DNA of 64,000 bases from a virus. Shown here in pieces: positions 37,053 to 46,500 of this stretch; position 1 is the stretch's first letter; each line of letters begins with the position of its first letter. The stretch is from positions 32,001 through 96,000 of IMG/VR virus record IMGVR_UViG_3300042691_032880; one strand, written 5' to 3'. Position numbers and translations under genes: made by a program. The notes below the pieces were generated by a model that saw only the letters and a list, made by a program, of their open reading frames with translations, was not told the DNA's origin and did no database searches.

Positions 37053-37633
37053 TAGTCAAGTTCTAAGGGATTGTAATCTATAAGTCTTTCTTTATTAACC
37101 TCATCCATGCGAACATCCCTCATGTATCTCCTGTATAGTTTAGAGACTTTAAGGGTATGATCCACTTGGATGTACTTTTTCCAGTTCTCAGGATATACCT
37201 CTCCAACCTTCTTTGTGAATCCTCTACATCCTTTGAACGCCCAAACATCATGGAACTTGAACTTGTATTTGGTTCCATAATTCGTGTAGAAGATCTTTGC
37301 TAGGTAATTGTCGCTTTCCCAGTTCCTATGCTGAATCACCTTCAAATATTCCATGCTGGTCTTGAAGTCTACGTTCTTACGAACCTTGGGTTGACAGGTC
37401 CCTAGGAACAGGTGTCCTAACTGATCAGGAAGTTCAATACCATCCCTAAAATCAAGAACGGTGTCCACAATTGCTTTGTTGGCAGCAATAATGATTTCCC
37501 TGATTTTCTTGGGGTCTTTTACCAAACACTCTTCCTTTTTGGAAAGTTGTTTGACCATGGTAGGAGACAACATGTTAAACCTCGGTGCTTTATACCGCGG
37601 ACCCTTCTTGTTAACCTTTATTGTATCCTTCAT
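37052..37633 (-). CDS. IHF/HU-like basic DNA-binding protein (crAss structural-module type)
   Basis: 193 aa, basic. Helix-DGIELPDQLGHLFL strand pattern and VDFKTS..H.N motif. Conserved position upstream of the tail ring genes. Confidence 0.6.
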   Translation of the reverse strand: MKDTIKVNKKGPRYKAPRFNMLSPTMVKQLSKKEECLVKDPKKIREIIIAANKAIVDTVLDFRDGIELPDQLGHLFLGTCQPKVRKNVDFKTSMEYLKVIQHRNWESDNYLAKIFYTNYGTKYKFKFHDVWAFKGCRGFTKKVGEVYPENWKKYIQVDHTLKVSKLYRRYMRDVRMDEVNKERLIDYNPLELD

Positions 37634-37645
37634 AACTCCCTCTAA

Positions 37646-37654
37646 TATAATATA
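37646..37654 (-). promoter_or_regulatory. Candidate phage promoter TATATTATA
   Basis: Exact copy of a motif recurring in intergenic gaps, 12 nt upstream of the ATG at 37633. Confidence 0.55.
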
Positions 37655-37672
37655 ATGATTTTTTATTTTATA

Positions 37673-37735
37673 GTGAAGTCCCCTGCCATCAACAGGGGAG
37701 CTTCACCTCAAATCAGGTGTACCAACCAACCTGAT
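37673..37735 (-). other. Tandem RNA stem-loops (terminator or processing site)
   Basis: ATCAGGT/ACCTGAT (37712-37735) and GTGAAG(C)TCCCCTG/CAGGGGACTTCAC (37673-37706). No clear U-tract. Confidence 0.55.
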
Positions 37736-37738
37736 ATT

Positions 37739-38806
37739 TTAACATTGAACCGATGTAAAACTTATACCTTGACCTCCTTGACTTGTAGGAACACTCAGAT
37801 TTGCATAGGAATACTGAAGACCATCGCACCCAGGTCCAGGAGGAAACTCGACAACAGCACCTTGTTTTATTGTAGTAACAGGAGTCCAACCTGAAGACAC
37901 ATATCCTCCAATAGGATGTATCACCGTACCGTTTATATACTTAGGTGGTTCTGCCTGGGTAACACCTGCAACACCTGTGGGAACGCAAGCATATCCTTTT
38001 GGAACTTGTCTAGCACATATGTAAAAGACACGACCAGCAGGAGTCTTATTTCCTATTTTGTGTACAAATCCATTACAGTCTTCCCATTCAAGCGACCAGT
38101 TTTCTCCAGTATAGATTGCATAAGTATCGCACTCGCCTACAATAATATCAGATACGGGTGGACAACTGAATGTTTCGGTTCCTGTAGATGTTGCAATCTC
38201 TAATGACATTACAATCTGATATTCCACTGGAACTTGTCCTGGATTCTGATAGTCTACAAGATCTGCAGACGTTATTGGAAATGTGTAATTTGTAAGAGGA
38301 AGTGCGGCTTGTATATCCGTATATGGTACCACATACGTTCCCAAATATGTAGGACCGCCTGTAATCTGATAAACTGCAAAAGAGTAGTTTATAATACTGT
38401 ATTCACCTGGATCCAGAAATGAAGTTCCACTAAAGTCATACAGACTTACAATAAAATCATATGAGCTAGTGTCAGGATTCCATTGCACTGATACTGTATA
38501 ATACGGACATTGTTCAACCCATATGTCTCCGCTGATAGGTGAGTCCACCGTTACCTCATCACTGCAAGTCTGTCTTATGAAAAACTGGTAAGTAGTTGCA
38601 GGAAAAAACTCAGGAGGATTTCCATATACGTCATTGATCAACTGATTCGTTACTGTACCACCTGCCGTATTGATTGAGAAAGTACCCACTGTAGTATTAA
38701 ATACCCAAGGTGAATACGTTCCATCAGGCAGTACATGGCGATAGTAAAGTTCTCCCAGTACGGCTAACGGACTGCATATATAATTGATATCAAATTTTAT
38801 AGCCAT
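37739..38806 (-). CDS. Putative tail appendage protein with FN3-like domain
   Basis: 355 aa, beta-rich, P/T/C-rich. PATTYQFFIRQTC resembles an FN3 strand motif. Confidence 0.6.
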   Translation of the reverse strand: MAIKFDINYICSPLAVLGELYYRHVLPDGTYSPWVFNTTVGTFSINTAGGTVTNQLINDVYGNPPEFFPATTYQFFIRQTCSDEVTVDSPISGDIWVEQCPYYTVSVQWNPDTSSYDFIVSLYDFSGTSFLDPGEYSIINYSFAVYQITGGPTYLGTYVVPYTDIQAALPLTNYTFPITSADLVDYQNPGQVPVEYQIVMSLEIATSTGTETFSCPPVSDIIVGECDTYAIYTGENWSLEWEDCNGFVHKIGNKTPAGRVFYICARQVPKGYACVPTGVAGVTQAEPPKYINGTVIHPIGGYVSSGWTPVTTIKQGAVVEFPPGPGCDGLQYSYANLSVPTSQGGQGISFTSVQC

Positions 38807-40587
38807 TAGAAGTTTATTGTTACAGTATTTACAAATGGAAGTGCTGTGGCAAACGGATTAGTGAACCTGAACTCAAGCACATCTCCGTTGGTAAGATTCA
38901 CACTATCACACTTTATTGAAAAAACAGTTACACTATTGATATCAGTAAAGGTAGGTAATGTGTTCAGATTGAGATTGTTAGTAAGATCATAGACCGTTGA
39001 AGTTGTGACATTCTCAACCTCATAAAGTTCAACGTCAGTATCAAACATGACAAACTCAAGAGTATCGTTGGCATTGACAGTTATATTCAAACCGCCAGGT
39101 ATTGACTGCCATGTGTCATCGGTAAGAACCTTGTACTGACCAATCGTATATCCATTAACAGTACTTGCAGTGACATCATCGTTTGTAATCCATGGAGCTG
39201 AATTCAAAGAAGTGTTAAGAAGACCGTAAACATTATTGTTGTAAGATGCAAATACGGGAGCAGGACCTGTGACTTCAATTTGTGCACCTGTGAATATCGG
39301 ATCAGGAAGACCGAATCTTATGTAATTCTGTCCGCCATATACTACATGATCTGACGGATACCCTGCAGCTGTAAGCTGGTTTGCAATGCTTATGCAGAAG
39401 TTTGCAACAGAGACCCCTGCATAATTTGCACCTGTAACATTTAATACAATCGAAGGAGCTGGATTCAAGGTCCTACAGATTATGTCCATACCTGCAGTAA
39501 GTTGAGCAGGTAATATGCTGACCAAGATTGGAGCATGTCTAGTATAGCTGATTGAAGGTGTTGTTACAGCAGTACCATTGGAATTCAAAAGAGGAAAAGT
39601 ATTTGAGAATGCATCCTCTACTGTATATGAAAACTGGTAATGATTGATTGAACCATTGATGGCTGTTTGATTAGTTCCATCAATGATGACCTGCCTTACT
39701 AGACCAGTAACGGTATTGTAATCTTGCACTCCACTGAGTCGGCTTGAATCAAAAACAAAAGGTGCAATTGTAATGGAAGGTTTACCTATTGTGTTTGAGT
39801 AACATTCAGCTGTATCAAATAAAACATTTGATCCACTCCCTGGAAAAGTATATGGAGGACTTGGAATAATTCCAACATTAGGTTGGAACAACCCAAAGCG
39901 ATATTCATTTCCATAACCTAATAGTATGGGTTGTCCAGATACTCCAGAACCAGCAGGACAATATTGGGAAAGGTTATTGTTGTTTGGACTTGGTGCTAGT
40001 CCAAGATACCCTACAGCTGAAACAAGATTGCTTGGATAATTGAATTTTAACCAGTCTAATCCACATATAAAAGAAGTTGATTCGCCTGGAGGATTGCAGT
40101 TTGGACAAAACCTGTCAACACGCACACCTCTACCTATTGGAAAGGATATGTTTGCACAGGGATTGACAACCTGATTACAACCAGGTATAAAGTTATAATC
40201 TACGTTAGAGATATCATATAACAACGACCCTATACTCTGAACATTATTGGAGTCTGGGTAGGATACGCTATAAAACAAGGTAGGGTAGCCATTAATGAAT
40301 GGACCCTGGTAGTAAGAATAAATTGGACATCCTGCGTGCGTGACACTGTATTCCTGTACAAACACTGATGGTGAACCCACGCAAGTCTTTTCTACTGCAA
40401 CCCTGTATACAGTATTAGGAGTTAATCCTGTAATTGTGTATGAGGTAGCAGTACTTGGAAGCGGTGTAAGATTTGCTAAAATCCAAGTATTTAGATTCAA
40501 TGGATCAGCTTCCTTGTAATAAACATTAAAAGTATCGGTTGGAAGCAGAGATGCTATATCAGGTGCCCAAGTTACTAATAGATTCAT
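38806..40587 (-). CDS. Putative tail appendage protein with N-terminal fibronectin type III domain
   Basis: VTW..., FNVYYK and ATSYTITGLTPNTVYRVAV form a classic FN3 signature. ATG at 40587 preferred over the track's TTG at 40593. Confidence 0.7.
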   Translation of the reverse strand: MNLLVTWAPDIASLLPTDTFNVYYKEADPLNLNTWILANLTPLPSTATSYTITGLTPNTVYRVAVEKTCVGSPSVFVQEYSVTHAGCPIYSYYQGPFINGYPTLFYSVSYPDSNNVQSIGSLLYDISNVDYNFIPGCNQVVNPCANISFPIGRGVRVDRFCPNCNPPGESTSFICGLDWLKFNYPSNLVSAVGYLGLAPSPNNNNLSQYCPAGSGVSGQPILLGYGNEYRFGLFQPNVGIIPSPPYTFPGSGSNVLFDTAECYSNTIGKPSITIAPFVFDSSRLSGVQDYNTVTGLVRQVIIDGTNQTAINGSINHYQFSYTVEDAFSNTFPLLNSNGTAVTTPSISYTRHAPILVSILPAQLTAGMDIICRTLNPAPSIVLNVTGANYAGVSVANFCISIANQLTAAGYPSDHVVYGGQNYIRFGLPDPIFTGAQIEVTGPAPVFASYNNNVYGLLNTSLNSAPWITNDDVTASTVNGYTIGQYKVLTDDTWQSIPGGLNITVNANDTLEFVMFDTDVELYEVENVTTSTVYDLTNNLNLNTLPTFTDINSVTVFSIKCDSVNLTNGDVLEFRFTNPFATALPFVNTVTINF

Positions 40588-40606
40588 TGTCAATTAGATA
40601 TATAGT

Positions 40607-40642
40607 ATTGCGGACAGCTACACTGAAGTAACTGCCCGCAAT
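40607..40642 (-). other. 15-bp RNA hairpin in the 5' leader
   Basis: Minus strand ATTGCGGGCAGTTAC-TTCAGT-GTAGCTGTCCGCAAT is fully paired with two G-U pairs. Confidence 0.65.
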
Positions 40643-40653
40643 TATTGATTTTC

Positions 40654-40695
40654 AACAAAATAAACTATCCCTTGCCGATTTACCAAGGGAAAGTT
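40654..40695 (-). terminator. Probable intrinsic terminator
   Basis: AACTTTCCCTTG/CAAGGGATAGTT stem followed by TATTTTGTT on the minus strand, immediately after the 129-aa gene. Confidence 0.55.
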
Positions 40696-40696
40696 A

Positions 40697-41086
40697 TTAT
40701 TTATCAGCGTTATATACTTCCTCAGAAGGCTGATTTGTAAAGTAAGTACGAAGAACTAGGTTAATGGTAATCATGAACATTCCAATCATGTTGGCATTTA
40801 CTCCACATGCCTGGAATACTTGGTTCTCCAGGAAGTAATCAGTGATCATCAAACCTGCAGCCACCACGTTTGTCCAGAACATAGTCTTGTCTTGGGACAT
40901 GCGGGTAACAGTAATAGGTTGTGATGACGCAAACTTCTGGAGGATTGCTGTCAACGCAAAGCTGATGAACATGGCAATCTGAGGATTCATGAATCCAAAC
41001 TGACCATACTGAGCGACAAGAATTGACAATGCTGCCAAGATCTGTACCCATACGATCTTTGATTTGAGAAATGGTACTGCGTTCAT
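40697..41086 (-). CDS. Small multi-pass membrane protein, holin-like
   Basis: 129 aa with four hydrophobic segments. Internal duplication (SKIVWVQIL / DKTMFWTNVV) and a LRTYFTNQP C-terminus typical of some holins. Confidence 0.6.
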   Translation of the reverse strand: MNAVPFLKSKIVWVQILAALSILVAQYGQFGFMNPQIAMFISFALTAILQKFASSQPITVTRMSQDKTMFWTNVVAAGLMITDYFLENQVFQACGVNANMIGMFMITINLVLRTYFTNQPSEEVYNADK

Positions 41087-41102
41087 TTTTAAGTCTTTAT
41101 GA

Positions 41103-41711
41103 TTAATTACAATTGTTGAGCCACGGCGCTCTCTTTCCTGCCGTGAATTCTACTGTCTTGGATGATCTTACAAAGGTGGTCTGCAACTCATTGTTCCTTT
41201 CATAGTAGGTAATCCCCATGATGTACTTGAATCCTGGCCAGATGGAGCATCCAGCACCAAGGGTATAGTAATATGAGTTTGTACCACTTATGGAACCGCC
41301 GCCAGTACAACCATTGGTGTGACCTACAGGAGCAAATCCTATGTAGTAGTACCTGGCTATTGTAAAGCAGGTGTCAGTCACAGGATTGAATCCAGGCTGC
41401 GCATCCCATTTGAAGATCACCATACCGCAGATTGTAGTATCAACCTTGATATTCCAATCAGTGGGTTCTTCCGTTACAATAGGATATACAGGATAATTGG
41501 CACAAGGATCAGTAATTTGGTTATTGTTACCTTGACCATTGCCATTTCCATTCCCTCCTCTTCTTTCTCCACTAGGCTGATCTTCAGCTGTTTCCTGTGA
41601 CAAATCTGTTTTTACATCATTTGCTTTTGAAGATGTCTCTTTGACATCCTCCTTCTCACAGCCCATGATGAACAAGGCTGCGAGAAGAATAAGAAGTCTA
41701 GTGGCTTTCAT
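41103..41711 (-). CDS. Lipoprotein (SPII signal), probably surface-exposed
   Basis: MKATRLLILLAALFIMG-C lipobox followed by EKED, a G/N linker and a beta-rich Cys-containing domain. Confidence 0.75.
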   Translation of the reverse strand: MKATRLLILLAALFIMGCEKEDVKETSSKANDVKTDLSQETAEDQPSGERRGGNGNGNGQGNNNQITDPCANYPVYPIVTEEPTDWNIKVDTTICGMVIFKWDAQPGFNPVTDTCFTIARYYYIGFAPVGHTNGCTGGGSISGTNSYYYTLGAGCSIWPGFKYIMGITYYERNNELQTTFVRSSKTVEFTAGKRAPWLNNCN

Positions 41712-41721
41712 GACCTATGGT

Positions 41722-42582
41722 TTAGGGAAGCGTTGGATAATTCACTGTAGAAGGTACTGAAGTACTGATGGTAAATGGTAAACTCATAAATCCACCACTT
41801 GCACTTGTACCACCAATACGGAAAGTTCGAGGTGGAGTGCTAGGAGATGCGAAGTACAAACTCCATCCATAAGCTACAGTAAAGGGAAGGGTTGGATCAG
41901 GAGTCTGACGAATCTGCTGATACCAACCATCAGAGAACCAAACTGCAAAGTTGCTAGAACAAGAACAGGTAGGACACTTTACATACATTACAAGGTTTGT
42001 ATAAGGACCAGTTTCACCAGAGATACTATCCAAATCAAAACTCATCTCATAAGTACCATGGATAACATCAGCATTAATAACAGTGCGTCCAGTATCAATA
42101 ACTGCAGGAGCTACATATGGGAATTCGCCTGTACCAGCATCACAAGTAAGATTGATGGTACGACCATTCATCTCTTGCCATACTCCACAAGAGTCTTTGT
42201 AGTAGCAGCTCAGATAACCACCACGAGTTTTGTAGCTTACAGCAATAGTAGTCTGAGTAGTATAAAGATAACCGCCTGAGCTTGAACTTACTGTGGTAAT
42301 ACCATCAGTAGCAGTAGTCATGGAAGGAAGAGTCCAGCGATATTCAGTAGGTACAAAACCAGCAGAAACGTTCTGACCAACTTGTCCGCGACACCAGGTC
42401 CATTGCATCGGAAGCGCAGGATTGCGATTGGCAATTGTGTAAGTAACGTTCTTTTGATTTCTACATGGTGTAAAGTCCCCATAGATAATGGGTTTCTCAA
42501 CAGCAGTAGGACAAGTTTGCGCTGATACTGAAAGAGTTACGATGGTCATCAGCACTACCATCAATCCAATGAATTTTTTCAT
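41722..42582 (-). CDS. Secreted protein (SPI signal) with PKD/Ig-like domain
   Basis: MKKFIGLMVVLMTIVTLSVSA-Q signal peptide. I.G...PC.NQ.NVTYTI..YRWTLP resembles PKD-like domains of Bacteroidota secreted proteins. Confidence 0.7.
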   Translation of the reverse strand: MKKFIGLMVVLMTIVTLSVSAQTCPTAVEKPIIYGDFTPCRNQKNVTYTIANRNPALPMQWTWCRGQVGQNVSAGFVPTEYRWTLPSMTTATDGITTVSSSSGGYLYTTQTTIAVSYKTRGGYLSCYYKDSCGVWQEMNGRTINLTCDAGTGEFPYVAPAVIDTGRTVINADVIHGTYEMSFDLDSISGETGPYTNLVMYVKCPTCSCSSNFAVWFSDGWYQQIRQTPDPTLPFTVAYGWSLYFASPSTPPRTFRIGGTSASGGFMSLPFTISTSVPSTVNYPTLP

Positions 42583-42607
42583 TTTTATATATGTTTTAGG
42601 TTACACA

Positions 42608-42616
42608 TATAATATA
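42608..42616 (-). promoter_or_regulatory. Candidate phage promoter TATATTATA
   Basis: TTTTTCGTATATTATATGTG on the minus strand in a 51-nt gap upstream of the 286-aa gene. Confidence 0.55.
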
Positions 42617-42633
42617 CGAAAAATTCAGGACTT

Positions 42634-43347
42634 TTAGATCCCAAATATCCCCATCATACCAAAAGGATCTACTGGAGTAAAAGCAGATGTTTCATAGAAT
42701 GTTATTCTACGCCAGCAGGTTGCATCATTTCCCAAAGTCAACTGTGTCTGTGACACGTTGTTTGTAGGAGCGGCAACTGCCTGTATCTGATAAGCATAGG
42801 TTGATGACATATCGTTACCAGCGGTATTACGATACTGAGCTGAAAGTCCAGTCTTTACCCAGTTAGTCCCTGTAAGAGTACCCCATGTGTTGTCATCAGC
42901 TGTCATCCAAGATGCCACTGTTACATTTGGTGCGTTTGCTGGTGTAACCCCTGTTACTGTAATTGTGGCTGCCGCCGCAGCATTGATTACGGTATCACTT
43001 TCTTTCTGCCACACATTTGCTGAACTATCAGGTCTGAACACAATCATTACGGCATTGGTGTTTGTACCTGCTGAAAAATCAAACCTTGGGTTTGCAGCCC
43101 ATGTTCCATTATAAGTAGCCCAATATACAGTATTGGCTACGTTGGCTGTACCTACGTTTCTTCCAATATCTGTCCAGGTCTGACCACCAGTTACACCAAC
43201 ACTGAAAGTAGCAGTACCCCTTTGATACAAGTAAACAACCACAAGATCACCAACCACCATTGATGCTGGTGGAGTCAATGTTATCTGTGTAGCAGTCTGT
43301 GAACCGTTATCTACAGGAGATGATGTTACACCAAAGAAGCTAGGCAT
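42634..43347 (-). CDS. Putative virion structural/fibre-associated beta protein
   Basis: 237 aa, T/A/G-rich beta pattern. ITLTPPASMVVGDLVVV motif common in phage tail proteins. Confidence 0.55.
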   Translation of the reverse strand: MPSFFGVTSSPVDNGSQTATQITLTPPASMVVGDLVVVYLYQRGTATFSVGVTGGQTWTDIGRNVGTANVANTVYWATYNGTWAANPRFDFSAGTNTNAVMIVFRPDSSANVWQKESDTVINAAAAATITVTGVTPANAPNVTVASWMTADDNTWGTLTGTNWVKTGLSAQYRNTAGNDMSSTYAYQIQAVAAPTNNVSQTQLTLGNDATCWRRITFYETSAFTPVDPFGMMGIFGI

Positions 43348-43534
43348 AGATACTGTATTCGTTTTCCCAAAGGGAATCTATGATTTCCTGATCCGTCAAT
43401 TCATTTGAAAAGACAAAAGGACTCCTTGAAAACTGTATGACTCTCACGCCATTTTCATAGCCGTTGCACTCAGCTATAAAAGACCATGTGGTTCCAGTGT
43501 CAACCTTGTCTATAAGTTCAATTAGCTTATCCAT
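43340..43534 (-). CDS. Small acidic hypothetical protein (possible fibre chaperone)
   Basis: 64 aa. TAATG-coupled to the upstream fibre gene and overlaps the downstream start. Confidence 0.55.
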   Translation of the reverse strand: MDKLIELIDKVDTGTTWSFIAECNGYENGVRVIQFSRSPFVFSNELTDQEIIDSLWENEYSIYA

Positions 43535-46500
43535 TAGAATTCATATCCGTAAACTGAAACATCAAGTGATATCCCCGCATCCGTTGTTACACGCAGAACA
43601 TAGTCCGCGTTTGCAGAGAATATTGGGGTATTGAAAGTAAGTATCGCACCAGGTTTGCTGTTTGCTGTTGGAGCAAACGATCCTGCCCAAACAAGCTGGT
43701 CAGTACCTGCAGTATAAGTAGTATCAGCAGCCGCACCAAACCAAACGATGACACGTCCTGCCGTGGTAGCATATGAACTGACTGCAAGATATGTGACTGC
43801 AACAGTCTTGCCTGCTGTAGGAGTCCACAATGCAACACCTGTCTGCGTGGTTGTATAGTTACCTGATTTCCAGGTTTGCATACCTGGAGATATATGCGTA
43901 ACAAGCTGCCTTCCAAACTGATCAGCCGTTCCATTGACTCTGTCTCCATTGGTGACAGCTGTAGGTAATGCTGTTTCAGCTTGGTATCCAATCTTCACAG
44001 GATTACCAGAATCAGGAGAGTCATGAGCCACATCACCTGCGGCAACCACGTTCCAAGTACCTGACTGTGTAGCCGCCACTGTTCCATCTACTGTAATGCT
44101 ATTACCTCCATCTTGGATATTGACCGCGGATGCTCCACCAGCATTGTTCACTGTAACATCCCCTATGTCTACCCCGCTATTGGCACCAAGCACCCATGTA
44201 CCAGATTGCGTTGCTGCCACTGTACCTGATACAGTAACAGTACCTGATACTCCTACTGTTCCATCTACTGTAATTGAGTTACCCCCATCATTGATTGCTA
44301 CAGCTCCATTAGCATTGACAGCAATCGGGGAGTAATCCCCATTGGCAGATGTCATTGAACTATTGGAGTCATTTCTTACTCCTAATATGAAACTTCCAGT
44401 GTCACCTGATGTATGTGCATTATCTTCTTGCTTGTTCTCCGCCCCGTATAGTTTACCATACTCATCCACTGACACGGATGCATAGGTATTGTTAGACGTA
44501 GCTGCTTGTAAAAGTGCATTGTCATTACGAATAGCAAGTACAAATGTTCCTATGTCAGATGCTGTATGAAGCGTATTGTGGACACGCTCTGATACACTGA
44601 ACTGCTTACCAAACTGATCTGTGGCAATTGGGGTATAGTCTCCATTGGATCCTGAGAGAATGTTGCCAGCATTGTCATTCCTGACACCCAGGGTCATTAC
44701 TCCCACATCACCTGATGTATGAACTGAGTCCTCTGCTTTTCCAAGGTTTGTAGCTCCAGTTCCTGGGATAACACTGGTGACATCCACATCTCCAATATCC
44801 ACCCCAGAGTTCGCACCTAATACCCAAGTTCCTGATTGTGTGGCAGCTACAGTACCTGTTACAGTAGCAGCTACAGTTCCTGAAACAGTGACTGTTCCAG
44901 ATACACCAACAGTACCATCCACAGTGATTGAGTTACCTCCGTCTTGGATAGCAATAGCTCCTTTGTCATTGACTGATATCTGGGAGTAGTCACCATCAGT
45001 TGAAGTAACAACCGCATTTGCATCGTTCCTTACCGCAAGTACGAAGTTTCCATAGTCGCCTGTTGTATGAGGATCATCTTCCTTACGATGCGTTTCAATC
45101 AGCTTTTCTGCTCCAATAAGATCTCCGTTCTTGTCAGCAAGACCTACCGCAAGAGCATTGCCATTTGCAAGAACATATATGCTATCAACCTCTGCATTAC
45201 CTGTATTGCCATCAACTCCACCTATGGTTGAAACGCCACGTAAATAAGGAGTGCCTGTTTCTTGTGAAGCATAGTCAAATATCCTTCCAGCTCTATCTGT
45301 AGCAATTGGAGAATAATCTCCATTAGTACTTGTAAAACCTGTAGCTGCACCATCATTTCTTACACCTAGTATGAATGCACCATTGTCTCCTGAGGTATGA
45401 GCTTGATCTTCTTTATATGAAAAATCTACATTTGCTGTAACTGTTCCTGATACTGATGCAGTCACAGTTCCAGAAATGGGAACAGCTGATTGATCAGATG
45501 CAATAGCCACAGATATACTGTTAGCCATTGTCTGCTGTCCCTCATTAGGAAGAGAATTTACATTGACATTCAGTGCATTACCTGATGCTGTATTTACAAA
45601 TACCTGACCCCTGGAATCAACAGCAATACCTGAATAGTCTCCATTGGTACCAGTTAATGCAGTACCTGCATCATCATTCCTGATAGCAAGTGAAAGAGTT
45701 CCTGTGTCACCTGTGGTATGAGGAGTGTCTTCTTGATACTGAACTCCGCCGCCAAAGGATGTAATCTGCGTACCTGTACCATCCACAATAGCAACAGCAA
45801 GTGCATCACTTCCCACTAAAGGAAGCACATCCGCAGTATCTGTACCATCACCTATTTGGACATTGACAGGAGTACCTACAGGAGCATCTACTGTAACACT
45901 GTTGCCACCATCATTTATGGCTACCGCACCATTTGCATTAACAGCTATGGGACTGTAATCACCATTAGTGGATGTCATTGCTGTATTAGCATCATTCCTG
46001 ACTGCCATCACAAACGCTCCTGTGTCCCCGCTCGCGTGCGCGGAATCCTCAGGAAATGCAAAGTCAGCTGTAGTAACAAGCGATCCTGAAGGATTCACCT
46101 TCACATTGTAATAGGTACCACCACCAGTGCTTGAACGTCCAGTGATTACAGACCTTGTCATGTTTGCCAAGGTATTGTCATTGATAGTGCTTGATATCTT
46201 GGTATAAGGAGAGGTGGTACCTGCAGCCCAACAAGCGGTGTTCATGGTTAGAACAGTAGCACCAGCCGCAGTTTTCTGGATATCCAGAGTCATTGGAAGA
46301 TCTGGATTGTTGATGGTTGTACCACCTGTGGTATTGGGATGTCTGTATATGTCAAACAATACCCACTCTCCATCAGGACTAAGAACCTCCCAATAGATTG
46401 GAGCAGCTCCCAACCATCCATATCTTACCCTGAAGAGGTTGTCCTTTGTAAAGTCAATCGCCTCAGGTACTCCATTGCGTGTATACTTGGAACCAACAGC

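Noticed and set aside
41103-42582. Canonical i-spanin/o-spanin pair
   Set aside because: No coiled-coil inner-membrane partner. The upstream protein has a cleavable signal and beta fold, and the lipoprotein carries a surface-export-like signal. An atypical lysis role is not fully excluded.
44050-46060. CRISPR array or DGR template/variable repeats
   Set aside because: Repeats are in-frame protein repeats diverging at synonymous positions. No constant repeat-spacer pattern, no adenine-specific variation evident, and no reverse transcriptase or cas gene in the window.
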